Assembly (NCBI GenBank): GCA_965197485.1 | Contig: CBDANG010000009.1 | Coordinates: 113,977 to 177,976 of the forward strand | Length of the DNA: 64,000 nt | Direction of reading: 5' to 3' | Source: Longimicrobiales bacterium | GTDB lineage: Bacteria; Gemmatimonadota; Gemmatimonadetes; Longimicrobiales; Gaopeijiaceae | Shown: positions 42,543-51,243 of the stretch, piece after piece | Numbering within the stretch: the first letter of the stretch is position 1 | Layout of the letters: every line of letters starts with the position of its first letter | Position numbers and translations under genes: made by a program | Notes under the pieces: model-generated | The model's input: the letters and a program-made list of their open reading frames with translations, nothing else | The model's database searches: none | What the model was told of the DNA's origin: nothing

Positions 42543-43265
42543 ATGCCAGAGGGATCCCAGGAACGAGTGCCACTCGTCACCGGCGGTGGGGGACAGCTAG
42601 GTCGGCACGTTGTAGATAGGCTGCTGGAGGATCACGCCCGGCTGCACGTCCCCGTCTTTCATGTGGATGAAGGAGCGGCGTTAAAGGAGTTCCTCGGGGA
42701 TCGCGGTGACAGGGTGCGCGTCCACCCCGACGCGGACCTCACGAGTGCGAGAATCGTCGACACGCTGGTCGCGGAGATCGAAGCTGAAGAGGGCCAAGGA
42801 CCGAATATCCTGGTAAACCTAGCCGGGGGATTCTGGATGGGTCCGGTAGAAGCGACAGAGCCGGGCACTTGGGACCGCATGTGGAAGATGAATGCAACCA
42901 CGGCGTTTCTCTGTTCGCGTGCGGTCTTCCCCCGGATGAGGGCTGGGGGTTGGGGGAGGATCGTAAACGTCTCCGCGTTTGTTGCAATCGATCGGGGGAG
43001 GCCTCAGATGTCCGCATACGGCCCGTCGAAGGCCGCAGTCCTCCACCTGACTCAAACGCTCTCCCAGGAGGGGATCGGTCACGGGATCACCGTAAACGCC
43101 ATCCTGCCCTCGATCATCGATACTCCAGCGAATCGCAAAGCCATGCCTGACTCCGATACCTCCACATGGCTCCCTCCATCGGGAATCGCAGAGGTGGTAG
43201 CCTTCCTGGTATCCGAGAAGGCAGGAGTCATCAACGGGGCAGGAATACCGCTGACGCTGGGCTGA
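42543..43265 (+). CDS. short-chain dehydrogenase/reductase
   Basis: Contains VTGGGGQLG, NLAGG and YGPSKAAV (YxxxK). Start moved to ATG 42543. Confidence 0.8.
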   Translation: MPEGSQERVPLVTGGGGQLGRHVVDRLLEDHARLHVPVFHVDEGAALKEFLGDRGDRVRVHPDADLTSARIVDTLVAEIEAEEGQGPNILVNLAGGFWMGPVEATEPGTWDRMWKMNATTAFLCSRAVFPRMRAGGWGRIVNVSAFVAIDRGRPQMSAYGPSKAAVLHLTQTLSQEGIGHGITVNAILPSIIDTPANRKAMPDSDTSTWLPPSGIAEVVAFLVSEKAGVINGAGIPLTLG

Positions 43266-43293
43266 TGGCGGCTCTGACCTTACGCGGCGTCCT

Positions 43294-43312
43294 AGTTGAG
43301 ATTTGTTCTCAA
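43294..43312. promoter_or_regulatory. palindrome AG-TTGAGA-tttgt-TCTCAA upstream of the iron ABC genes (candidate metalloregulator operator)
   Basis: The 6-bp arms are perfectly complementary with a 5-bp AT-rich spacer. It is followed by a further TCTCA. Confidence 0.35.
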
Positions 43313-43357
43313 TCTCATTAAGCTGAACTTGGAGGCCGGTCCCTTTCTCGCTATGCG

Positions 43358-43378
43358 AGTTGAGAGGGCTGCCCTCTC
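43358..43378. promoter_or_regulatory. second palindrome GAGAGGGC-t-GCCCTCTC, sharing the 8-mer AGTTGAGA with the first site
   Basis: Perfect 8+1+8 inverted repeat at 43362..43378. AGTTGAGA recurs at 43294 and 43358 (64 bp apart). Confidence 0.3.
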
Positions 43379-43462
43379 TGTCGCAACACCCCCCAACCCC
43401 CTCGGGCCATGATCATAAGCCCTGAGAGCGTCGCCCCACGGCCCCTTGGTGCCAGCTTCGGC

Positions 43463-44494
43463 ATGACACGGCTTAGGGCCGGAGTCCTCTGTCTCCTCCT
43501 CACGCTTTCGGCGTTAACCACTGGGTGCCAGGGGGGAGCGGACGCCGTAGTGAACGTCTACAGTCACCGGCACTACGACGCGGACCAGCTCCTTTTCGAC
43601 CGATTCGCCGAACTTACGGGAATCGAGGTTCGGGTGGTGACCGCGTCCGCGGACGAGCTGATTACCCGTCTGGAGCGTGAGGGACCGGCATCTCCCGCGG
43701 ACCTCTTGGTCACGGTCGATGCGGGTCGACTTCACCGAGCGAAGGAGCTCGGTCTGCTCCGTTCCGTTACCTCTGCCCTACTGTCGGCAACCATTCCGGT
43801 TCACCTGCGTGACCCCGACGGATACTGGTTTGGGCTGACGCAGCGCGCTCGCATTCTGGCGTATGCCAAGGACCGGGTGAACCCCACCGAGCTGTCCAAC
43901 TACGAGGATCTGGGGGGTCCTGAGTGGGAGGGCCGGGTGCTCGTCCGTAGTTCGGAGAACATCTATAACATTTCACTTCTTGCCTCGATGATCGCCGCGA
44001 ACGGCGCCGCGGCCTCAGAGGCCTGGGCCGCGGGAGTCGTCGCGAACCTCGCCCGGCCCCCGCAGGGAAACGATACCGATCAGATCATGGATGTTGCAGC
44101 TGGCGTCGGCGATATTGCCTTGGTCAACACCTATTATGTGGGCAGGCTCCTCAACGACCGGGACCCGGCGGCCCGGGAGCTCGCCTCTCGAGTGGGAGTG
44201 TTCTTCCCCAACCAGAGCGGGCGGGGAGCGCACGTAAATGTCAGCGGCGCCGGTGTGACCGCATATGCGCCAAACTCCGAGAATGCGGTCCGGCTCCTGG
44301 AGTTCCTGGTCAGCGAGGAAGCACAGCGCGTATTCGCCGAGACGATCTTCGAATACCCTGTGCGTGTCGATGTCCCCTGGGCACCGACCCTACACGATTG
44401 GGGTGACTTTCAGGCTGACACCCTGAACCTCCGACGCCTGGGGGAGCTCAACAACGAAGCCGTGATGATCTTCGACCGGGCCGGATGGCGGTAG
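43463..44494 (+). CDS. Fe(III)-type ABC transporter substrate-binding lipoprotein (FbpA/AfuA-like)
   Basis: Lipobox MTRLRAGVLCLLLTLSALTTGC, followed by VNVYSHRHYDADQLLFDRFAELTGIEVRVV...SPADLLVTVDAGRL. Confidence 0.8.
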   Translation: MTRLRAGVLCLLLTLSALTTGCQGGADAVVNVYSHRHYDADQLLFDRFAELTGIEVRVVTASADELITRLEREGPASPADLLVTVDAGRLHRAKELGLLRSVTSALLSATIPVHLRDPDGYWFGLTQRARILAYAKDRVNPTELSNYEDLGGPEWEGRVLVRSSENIYNISLLASMIAANGAAASEAWAAGVVANLARPPQGNDTDQIMDVAAGVGDIALVNTYYVGRLLNDRDPAARELASRVGVFFPNQSGRGAHVNVSGAGVTAYAPNSENAVRLLEFLVSEEAQRVFAETIFEYPVRVDVPWAPTLHDWGDFQADTLNLRRLGELNNEAVMIFDRAGWR

Positions 44495-46245
44495 ACACCG
44501 TCAGGGGTACGATCGGCCATCGCCTTAAAGCGCTGTGGAGTCTTCCGCGGCCACTTGGCGGCGTCACCTTCACACCCTGGACGACCGCGACTCTCGCGGT
44601 GGTCACCATCCTATTACTCCCCCTCGCGTCAATCTTCGTGGGGGTCTTCGGAGCCGCGAGCGACACCTGGCGCCATCTCGCTTCCACCGTGCTCCTCGGC
44701 TACCTGTGGCACTCCTCTCTCCTCGTCGTAGGAGTGGGTGCGCTGACCCTGGTCATCGGGATCTCGACGGCGTGGTTCACCACAACCTGTGAATTCCCAG
44801 GACGCCGCCTCTTTGAGTGGAGCCTCATCCTCCCGCTCTCCATCCCCACCTACATCATGGCATATACGTACGCGGCGCTGGTGGGACATACGGGTCCAGT
44901 TCAGGGCGCTCTCCAGCTTGCGCTTGATCCGGTGACAACTGCGGGGCTGCGGACAAGCCTCATGTCTCTCCCTGGAGCCGGGGCGATCCTGGCGTTGGCG
45001 CTTTACCCATATGTATACCTGATCACGAGGGCTTCCTTCATGAAGCAGTCGGGCGGCGTCCTGGAGACTTCAAGGATTCTAGGGAAATCGTCCTGGCAGA
45101 CCTTTTGGCGGGTGGCGCTCCCAATGGCCCGGCCGGCTGTGGTTGCCGGCGTCACCTTGGTGCTCATGGAGGTCCTGAACGAATATGGCGCCGTTCGTTA
45201 CTTCGGTGTCACAACCTTCACCACGGGGATCTTCAGGGCGTGGTTCTCACTAGGAGATCCGCCGGCGGCTATCCGACTCTCGGGTTGCCTCCTGCTCTTT
45301 GTATTCTTCCTTATACTAGTCGAGAGAGCCCAGAGGGGACGGGCTCGCTTCGACCACGGGACCGCTCGGTACCGGCCGGTCGCTCGGCTCCATCTGCAGG
45401 GATGGCGGCGCTGGGCGGCGCTAGTCACCTGCGCGCTCCCAGTGATTGCGGGCTTCGTCCTGCCGCTCCTGCAACTCCTTGCGTGGGGGATCGAGGCGGC
45501 CCCCGAGGTGGCAAACCGGCAGTTCCTGCTCTTAACGCTGAACTCCTTTGGCTTGGGCTTCGCGGCTGCCATCATCGCCGTGGCCGTGGGCCTTCTCATC
45601 GTGTACTCCGTGCGCCTCGCTCCGACCATGGCTCTGAAACTCGCCGCCCGGGCCTCATCCCTCGGATACTCGATCCCCGGGGCTGTGATTGCGGTCGGGA
45701 TCCTCATTCCCTTCATCTGGATCGACAGGCAACTCGCCTTGATCCTCCAGCAGGCTGGAGTCTCCGTCGGGCTTATCCTTACCGGTACCGTGGTGGCACT
45801 TCTTTTTGCCTATGTCGTTCGGTTCCTTGCCGTGTCGCTGAACCCGTTGGACTCCGGGTTCGAGCGAACGTGTGGGAACTTGGACGAAACGTCACGCTCG
45901 CTTGGAGTCCCGCCGCTCAGGACCCTCTTACGGGTCGACGTCCCGCTCCTACGGGGCACGCTGCTGTCCGCCGGGCTTCTCGTGTTCGTCGATGTCTTGA
46001 AGGAGCTCCCCCTCACATTGATTCTTCGCCCGTTCGACTTCGACACCCTAGCGACACGCGCTTTCCAGCTCGCGATGGACGAGCAGTTGCCGCGCTCTGC
46101 ACTCCCCGCTCTCCTGATCATTCTGATTGGGATGATTCCCGTCATCCTACTCTCCCGTCTTATTGGGCAGCACCCCGAGCATGGGGCCGATGCACCTCCC
46201 GCCCAGCTGGCAGGGCCCCACCCTGTCGCGGGCGGACAGGCCTAA
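44485..46245 (+). CDS. Fe(III)-type ABC transporter fused double permease (FbpB/AfuB-like)
   Basis: 586 aa with two MetI-like permease halves (...ETSRILGKSSWQTFWRVALPMARPA... and ...ETSRSLGVPPLRTLLRVDVPLLRG...). Confidence 0.85.
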   Translation: MAVDTVRGTIGHRLKALWSLPRPLGGVTFTPWTTATLAVVTILLLPLASIFVGVFGAASDTWRHLASTVLLGYLWHSSLLVVGVGALTLVIGISTAWFTTTCEFPGRRLFEWSLILPLSIPTYIMAYTYAALVGHTGPVQGALQLALDPVTTAGLRTSLMSLPGAGAILALALYPYVYLITRASFMKQSGGVLETSRILGKSSWQTFWRVALPMARPAVVAGVTLVLMEVLNEYGAVRYFGVTTFTTGIFRAWFSLGDPPAAIRLSGCLLLFVFFLILVERAQRGRARFDHGTARYRPVARLHLQGWRRWAALVTCALPVIAGFVLPLLQLLAWGIEAAPEVANRQFLLLTLNSFGLGFAAAIIAVAVGLLIVYSVRLAPTMALKLAARASSLGYSIPGAVIAVGILIPFIWIDRQLALILQQAGVSVGLILTGTVVALLFAYVVRFLAVSLNPLDSGFERTCGNLDETSRSLGVPPLRTLLRVDVPLLRGTLLSAGLLVFVDVLKELPLTLILRPFDFDTLATRAFQLAMDEQLPRSALPALLIILIGMIPVILLSRLIGQHPEHGADAPPAQLAGPHPVAGGQA

Positions 46246-46316
46246 TCGCCACCTGTGAGGCTCCTCAACATCTGACGGGCGAACCCACCCGCCTTTGTCG
46301 AGTGCCTCAACTGCGG

Positions 46317-46796
46317 TCAGTGGGTGAGTGTGCTGCCCCCCGGCGAGGAGGCTCCAGCGCCGGGGGAGGGGGCTTCGTCCGGATCGAGCGTTGCCGAGAC
46401 CGTCTCTTGGGAGGCTTCAAGCAGCTCTGCGACATGCCTCACGATCTCACCGGGCACGAACGGAGGAACGATCAGCGGCAGCCCTAGATCGGATCCCGAA
46501 TCAGGTGGGTGGGTGCGACTCGGTGGGTGGCGATCCAAGACGATTACGGGAAGCCCTGGCTCTCGGCGCTGCCAGGCTCGTCCGATCTCTACTCCCGACC
46601 TGCCTGCCTGGAGCATCCGCCCCACAATCATCAGATCGATCCCATCGCCTGCCTTCCGCCAGTATCGCTCGGACTCGACCGGGGTCAGGCAGACTTCGAC
46701 TTCGTGTCCCTCTCGGGAGAGAATCTGAGCCACTAGTCGGGCGAGCAGCGGCTCGTCCTCCAGGACCAAGATCCGCGAGCGATGGTCGGAGGCCAT
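46317..46796 (-). CDS. stand-alone receiver-like protein lacking the canonical Asp/Thr/Lys (pseudo-receiver)
   Basis: The REC fold signature is present (RILVLEDEP...). The phospho-acceptor position reads LMIVG (Gly), the Thr/Ser position reads VIVLD, and the Lys position reads LIVPPF. Confidence 0.7.
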   Translation of the reverse strand: MASDHRSRILVLEDEPLLARLVAQILSREGHEVEVCLTPVESERYWRKAGDGIDLMIVGRMLQAGRSGVEIGRAWQRREPGLPVIVLDRHPPSRTHPPDSGSDLGLPLIVPPFVPGEIVRHVAELLEASQETVSATLDPDEAPSPGAGASSPGGSTLTH

Positions 46797-46817
46797 GTCG
46801 GTCGCGCCGGGGCCACC

Positions 46818-48248
46818 CTAGGTTCCGGGGGTGAGTTCACTAGACACCGGACCGGCAATCGGAAAGAAGAGATGCACCTCCGTCCCCTCACCCTGAAGAG
46901 ACCGGACCTCGACCCAGCCGCCATGACCCTCCACGATCGCCTGGACGGTGGTGAGCCCGAGGCCCCGTAGCGGGTGGGCTTCGCTTCGACTCGAGAAGAA
47001 TGGTTCAAAGAGCCAAGGAAGGTGGCGACGGGGAACACCTTCCCCCTGATCCTCGACCCTGATTCGGGCCCCCTCCCAACTCGACTTTCCGCCGCTTCCC
47101 TCCGGCGCCGAACCCCAGGTCACCTTAACGCTTTGCTCCGGACCCGAGGCTTCCCGAGCGTTTTGGACCAGATGCACCATCGCCCGCTCGAGGAGGGTGA
47201 CGTTTGCTTCGATGGGAAGCGGTCCGACGGAGGGCGCGACGCGCAGTCTCGCACCCTCTCCAACCTCTCTGGAGAGGACCGGAATCATGGCTGGGAGAGC
47301 TCGATTCAGATCGACTCGGACCCTGTCCGGAACGCCCTCCTGCAGGCATCCAAGAATCCGGGTCAGGCCGGCCTCTAGCTTGCTCCGCACCTCCAGTGCA
47401 CCCGACACGAGGTCCCGATCTGCGGGGCGGTCGATCGCCGCCTCTTCGAGCATTCGCAAGTAACCCGCCTGGACGTCGAGAGCGCTCAGCAGCTCGGTGA
47501 CCTCTTCGGCGCCCAGAAGCGCGGCGGATTCAAGGTGGCGGACCCGATGAACTCGAGTGTGCGGACCGGGCGCCACTACTGGCTTAGGCCCCCCTGGGGA
47601 AGCTATCGCCGGAGTCCCCTCGGATCGGCGTGACGGACGAACCCGGGGAGCTGTGGTGTCTGCATACTCGAGGCTCCCCAGAGGCTCTCCAACGGAGGCG
47701 ATGAGGGAGCTCGCGAAGTCGCGATCCCTCGGCGTCCATTCTCGGGGACTCCGGGCTTCCTCGAACGTGACCAGCCCCACCAATCCTCCGCGGGTTCGCA
47801 CCGGCAGAGCCAGGATCGCGCGGATGCCCTCTGCATCGAGCCACTCTCGCACGGGCTCAGCCTCAACCCGTACGCGTTGCGTGTCATCCACCGCGAGGGC
47901 ACTTGCCTGATCAAGGAGGGATCGGAATGCTGCCGCGAGGTCCAGGGGATAGACTCTGTCCTCTTGTATCGACCCCTCAGTCCGGTTGAAGCAAGTCACG
48001 AGACGGACGGCGGATCCAGCCCCCTCGAACCGCCAGATCCGTACCTTGGACACGCGAAGGGCCCTCGCGGATTCGCGGGCTAATCCACGAAGAAAGAGGT
48101 GGGGTGCGGATGGCGTTTCAGCCGGCGCCGAACGCTCGATGGACCTGTCGGGAGGATCACTCAGCAGGCGCCGAAGCGAACCGCTAGTAGGTCCAGTCTG
48201 CGCCTGGCCACCGCTCGCGCTTGAGCCTTCCACGAACACAGGACTCAT
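46818..48248 (-). CDS. GAF-domain sensor histidine kinase
   Basis: It has a GAF-like region (...IRAILALPVRTRGGLVGLVTFEE...) and a full ATPase domain (N box HLVQNAREA, G1 VEDQGEGVP, F FEPFFSS, G2 GLGLTTV). Start is tentatively ATG 48248; the track ORF extends to 48569 across the TetR start. Confidence 0.75.
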   Translation of the reverse strand: MSPVFVEGSSASGGQAQTGPTSGSLRRLLSDPPDRSIERSAPAETPSAPHLFLRGLARESARALRVSKVRIWRFEGAGSAVRLVTCFNRTEGSIQEDRVYPLDLAAAFRSLLDQASALAVDDTQRVRVEAEPVREWLDAEGIRAILALPVRTRGGLVGLVTFEEARSPREWTPRDRDFASSLIASVGEPLGSLEYADTTAPRVRPSRRSEGTPAIASPGGPKPVVAPGPHTRVHRVRHLESAALLGAEEVTELLSALDVQAGYLRMLEEAAIDRPADRDLVSGALEVRSKLEAGLTRILGCLQEGVPDRVRVDLNRALPAMIPVLSREVGEGARLRVAPSVGPLPIEANVTLLERAMVHLVQNAREASGPEQSVKVTWGSAPEGSGGKSSWEGARIRVEDQGEGVPRRHLPWLFEPFFSSRSEAHPLRGLGLTTVQAIVEGHGGWVEVRSLQGEGTEVHLFFPIAGPVSSELTPGT

Positions 48249-48522
48249 CGTTCCGGCACCACAGAGTCGTCCATCCCAGGCGCCGCTAGTCCTTCGAGAA
48301 AAGGCGAGGGGACGGGCGGGGGGTGCCCGCACTTTGTCTTCATGACCGGTGGGTCTTGCAGAGTTCCGTTCGAACAGTCGAGGCAGCCTCGGGCCGAGAG
48401 AACCATCAGACTCCTCGGCTGGGAACTCCTGGAAACTACGGCGTTGTCCTGCCAGGAAACAAGGGACGATCGGGGACCGCGGACGTGTTTTCTCGAGGCA
48501 CCGCCAAGGGCGAGACTTGACC

Positions 48523-48546
48523 CAGGATGTGACCCGGGTCATCCTG
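48523..48546. promoter_or_regulatory. imperfect inverted repeat CAGGATGTGACCC/GGGTCATCCTG abutting the TetR start (candidate auto-operator), preceded by TTGACC
   Basis: Read directly from the sequence. The arms differ by a 2-nt bulge. TTGACC lies at 48517..48522. Confidence 0.35.
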
Positions 48547-48552
48547 TCAGGC

Positions 48553-49173
48553 ATGGGCCGACCATCCACTCTCGATCTTCACGAGAGTCTGTTCCGGGCC
48601 GCTACTGCACGGTTCAGAGAGCGTGGGTACCAGAGTGCCTCAATATCTCAGATAACACATGAGGTAGGAGTCGCTAAGGGTACTTTTTTTAATTACTTCC
48701 CTACCAAGGAGCATGTGCTCTCGGAAGCCTACCATCGGCTGCTGGAACAGGCGATTGGAGAGGTGGATGACGGAGGATTCACTGGGACTGACGCGATTTT
48801 CGTTTTCTGCCGGGCTCTCGCCGAGCGCCTGTCGGATGACCGCGTTCTGTCAGAAGCCTTGGTGATGCGGCTCTCGGCCCTGCCGACTCCCCCGAGTCCG
48901 ACGAGGGACCCGGTCAGAGATGAGGAGCGAGTCCGAAACTGGATCGAGGCCCGGCTCACTGAGACGCTTCCCGTATCGATCCCGCTTATCGAAGCAGATC
49001 TCGGGCTACTCGCCTTCCTCCTGGCTTGGGCGCTTCGAGGAACAGTGGACGAGTGGATCCGAAGCCAGGCGGCAAATGAGGCGCTGTGGGCGTCGCTGCA
49101 CAAGCGCGTGGGCTTCCTTCTAGAGTCGGCCGGATTGCCGGCTCAAGCCCCTGAACGCCGAGCGGTACGATGA
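48553..49173 (+). CDS. TetR-family transcriptional regulator
   Basis: HTH segment FRERGYQSASISQITHEVGVAKGTFFNYFPTKEHVL. Start moved to ATG 48553. Confidence 0.9.
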   Translation: MGRPSTLDLHESLFRAATARFRERGYQSASISQITHEVGVAKGTFFNYFPTKEHVLSEAYHRLLEQAIGEVDDGGFTGTDAIFVFCRALAERLSDDRVLSEALVMRLSALPTPPSPTRDPVRDEERVRNWIEARLTETLPVSIPLIEADLGLLAFLLAWALRGTVDEWIRSQAANEALWASLHKRVGFLLESAGLPAQAPERRAVR

Positions 49174-49595
49174 TCCGCCGTCTGGCCGTGCTACTGGCGA
49201 CGGCGGTGGTTGGATGCTCGAGTTCAGAGCCTGAGCACCCGTGGATCGACCTTGGAGAGAACGCTCCCCATCAGATAGTGGAGTTCTCCGGTGCCGATGC
49301 AGGTCAGATCGTGATCGCGATGGATCCCGCTGTGACGCAAGAGGAAGCAATGGGGCTCGGACGGCTGATCCAGTCGCAGGCGCCTCCAGGAGCCACTGTG
49401 AATGCCCGGCTTTACAACAATGAGGCGACGGCCCGGGGATGGAGGACCGCGCCGGCCGAGATGCGCGTGCGGCATCTTCTCGTCCTCGTCAGCGTTAGCT
49501 CAGCTACCGGTCTGAACGAAGTTCGATGGGTGCAGCCTGAGGAAGAGGCAGACGGTCCCGATCCTGCACCGGCTGGGGCGGATTCACCGGAGTAG
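49170..49595 (+). CDS. hypothetical lipoprotein
   Basis: Lipobox MIRRLAVLLATAVVGCSSS. Its ATGA start overlaps the TetR stop. Confidence 0.5.
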   Translation: MIRRLAVLLATAVVGCSSSEPEHPWIDLGENAPHQIVEFSGADAGQIVIAMDPAVTQEEAMGLGRLIQSQAPPGATVNARLYNNEATARGWRTAPAEMRVRHLLVLVSVSSATGLNEVRWVQPEEEADGPDPAPAGADSPE

Positions 49596-50660
49596 CAGGA
49601 GCTCGAGCCTCTCGCCGTCTCTGATCACCGTGATCGGCACACCGTCCGGCTCCGCTGTCTCGGGGTCCTGGCGCCAGAATCGCTCGAAGCTGAGACGAGA
49701 GCGCAACTCGCGGATCTCGGCCACGCTGGCGACCTCCTCGCCGTCCATGGCCACGATCACGTCGCCGGGCTCCAACCCGCCTTCCGCCGCGGGACTCCTC
49801 CTGATCACGTCCGTGACCAACACCCCCACCGACACCCCGAAGTATCGGCCGAGTGACGGGTTCAGATCCGCGAGCTCCGTGCCAGCGACTACTCGCCCCC
49901 CTAGGATGAGAGGCCCATAGGTCAGGCTCGCGCCCCAGTCCCGGGGCCAATCCTGAAGCCCCGGGAGAGGGTCGATCTCGATCCGGACCTCCTCGCTCAG
50001 CCTCCTGGCCGCGTCCAGAGCCTCGCGACCGGCCTCGCGCACCTCGCGCAGTGCTTCCTCTCGCTCCTCGTCCAGCTCGGTGCGAACGGAGTCGAGTCGG
50101 CGACGCACGTCGGCAAGCCGCTCCAGGTTGATCGCCTCGATTTGGGACCGGAGCGAGTCCACGTCAATCAGCACATCCAACGGCTCGTCTCCCGACCGAC
50201 TCCGCCGAACTCGAACCCGGGTCACGGCTCGGCGACGAAGATCCTCTGGCGGCTCAGTGGCCTCCAGGCTCAGCGAGAGCGTCTTCCCTGCCCGATCTAC
50301 CAGTAGCTCTACCGTCGCGCCTGGCTCCAAATTTCTCTCCAGCTCTCGCAGCTCGCGCCTGGACGCAGGGGCGCCGTCGATTTCGACAAGCCCGTCTCCA
50401 GCGAGGACGCCCGCCTCCTCAGCTGGGCTCCCCGGAACCACGCCCTCGATCATGAGGCGCTCACGTGGAGAGTTCGGGGCGTCGGATCTCTCTTGTCTCT
50501 CGAACCGGATCTCGAGACCCAACCAGCCCCGCCGCTCGTCGAAGGTCACAAAGAGCTGTTCCTGTGCCGCAACCGGCGCCCACCAAAGCAAGAGCGCCAG
50601 CAAGGGCACAGCTCGGACGAGCCGCGGCGGACTCGACGCCGCTCGGAAATGAAGCCTCAT
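49584..50660 (-). CDS. secreted protein with two PDZ domains and a central Arg/Glu-rich helical region (no protease domain)
   Basis: Signal peptide ...LLALLLWWAPVAAQE. PDZ-like segments are GVVPGSPAEEAGVLAGDGLVEIDG and DVIRRSPAAEGGLEPGDVIVAMDG. GGAGGGA lies 3 nt before the ATG. Confidence 0.7.
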   Translation of the reverse strand: MRLHFRAASSPPRLVRAVPLLALLLWWAPVAAQEQLFVTFDERRGWLGLEIRFERQERSDAPNSPRERLMIEGVVPGSPAEEAGVLAGDGLVEIDGAPASRRELRELERNLEPGATVELLVDRAGKTLSLSLEATEPPEDLRRRAVTRVRVRRSRSGDEPLDVLIDVDSLRSQIEAINLERLADVRRRLDSVRTELDEEREEALREVREAGREALDAARRLSEEVRIEIDPLPGLQDWPRDWGASLTYGPLILGGRVVAGTELADLNPSLGRYFGVSVGVLVTDVIRRSPAAEGGLEPGDVIVAMDGEEVASVAEIRELRSRLSFERFWRQDPETAEPDGVPITVIRDGERLELLLLR

Positions 50661-50668
50661 CGTCCCTC

Positions 50669-51243
50669 CTACCAGATGCCTGTGGTCGTAACCGCCATTC
50701 CTTCCATCGCAGCTCGATGCTCGACTGCGGTACTCACGAGGAGTCCGTTGAGGAAGGGATCAGCAGGAGCCTCGCGGACTGCGGCTTCGGTCGCGGCAAG
50801 TACGTTCTCCAACGCGACGAAGCGACTCACCGGATCGCCCAGGACCGGCGTTGAGCCGGCTCTCCCGACCCGATCCCTGTAAGCGAGCAGGGCCTCGAAG
50901 TACGATCCTCGAGTGAGCCCAACGAGCTCCTCCGCCTCCTCTAGGGACAGATCGCCTCCGGCTCCTCCCTCTTCCCACGCCGCTCTTCTCTTTTCGACGC
51001 TTGGAGCGCCGTGTTTAAAGCAACGCGGTGGAGCCAGGTCGAGAAACGCGCTTCCCAGCGAAAGGAAGGAAGGGCGCGGATTACCCGTACGCATGCTTCC
51101 TGTGCATAGTCTCGGGCCAGCTCTTCGTCGCCCGCGATTCGGTAGACCACAGCAAGCACGCGTGAAGCCTAGCGGTCGTAGAGCTCTCGGACCGCCCAAC
51201 TCTCTCCGTCGCGGGCCTTTTCGATCAGCTGAGCTTCGGTCAT
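50669..51243 (-). pseudogene. disrupted ECF sigma factor gene (in-frame TAG at 51171..51169, region 4 not intact)
   Basis: Hand translation from ATG 51243 gives MTEAQLIEKARDGESWAVRELYDR-TAG-ASRVLAVVYRIAGDEELARDYAQEACVRVIRALPSFRWEARFSTWLHRVALNTALQASKRE...stop at 50941. A different frame continues to 50669. Confidence 0.65.

Noticed and set aside
45105-46487. 460-aa ORF in an alternative frame across the ABC permease and the convergent receiver gene.
   Set aside because: It is out of frame with a permease that has clear TM and EAA-loop structure. The product is Arg/Pro/Gly-rich with no recognisable motif.
51169-51171. The in-frame TAG in the sigma gene as evidence of stop-codon reassignment or programmed read-through.
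   Set aside because: TAG clearly terminates ordinary genes here (for example pgk at 26158..26160), and the same gene also has a lost region 4. A pseudogene or an assembly error is the simpler explanation.
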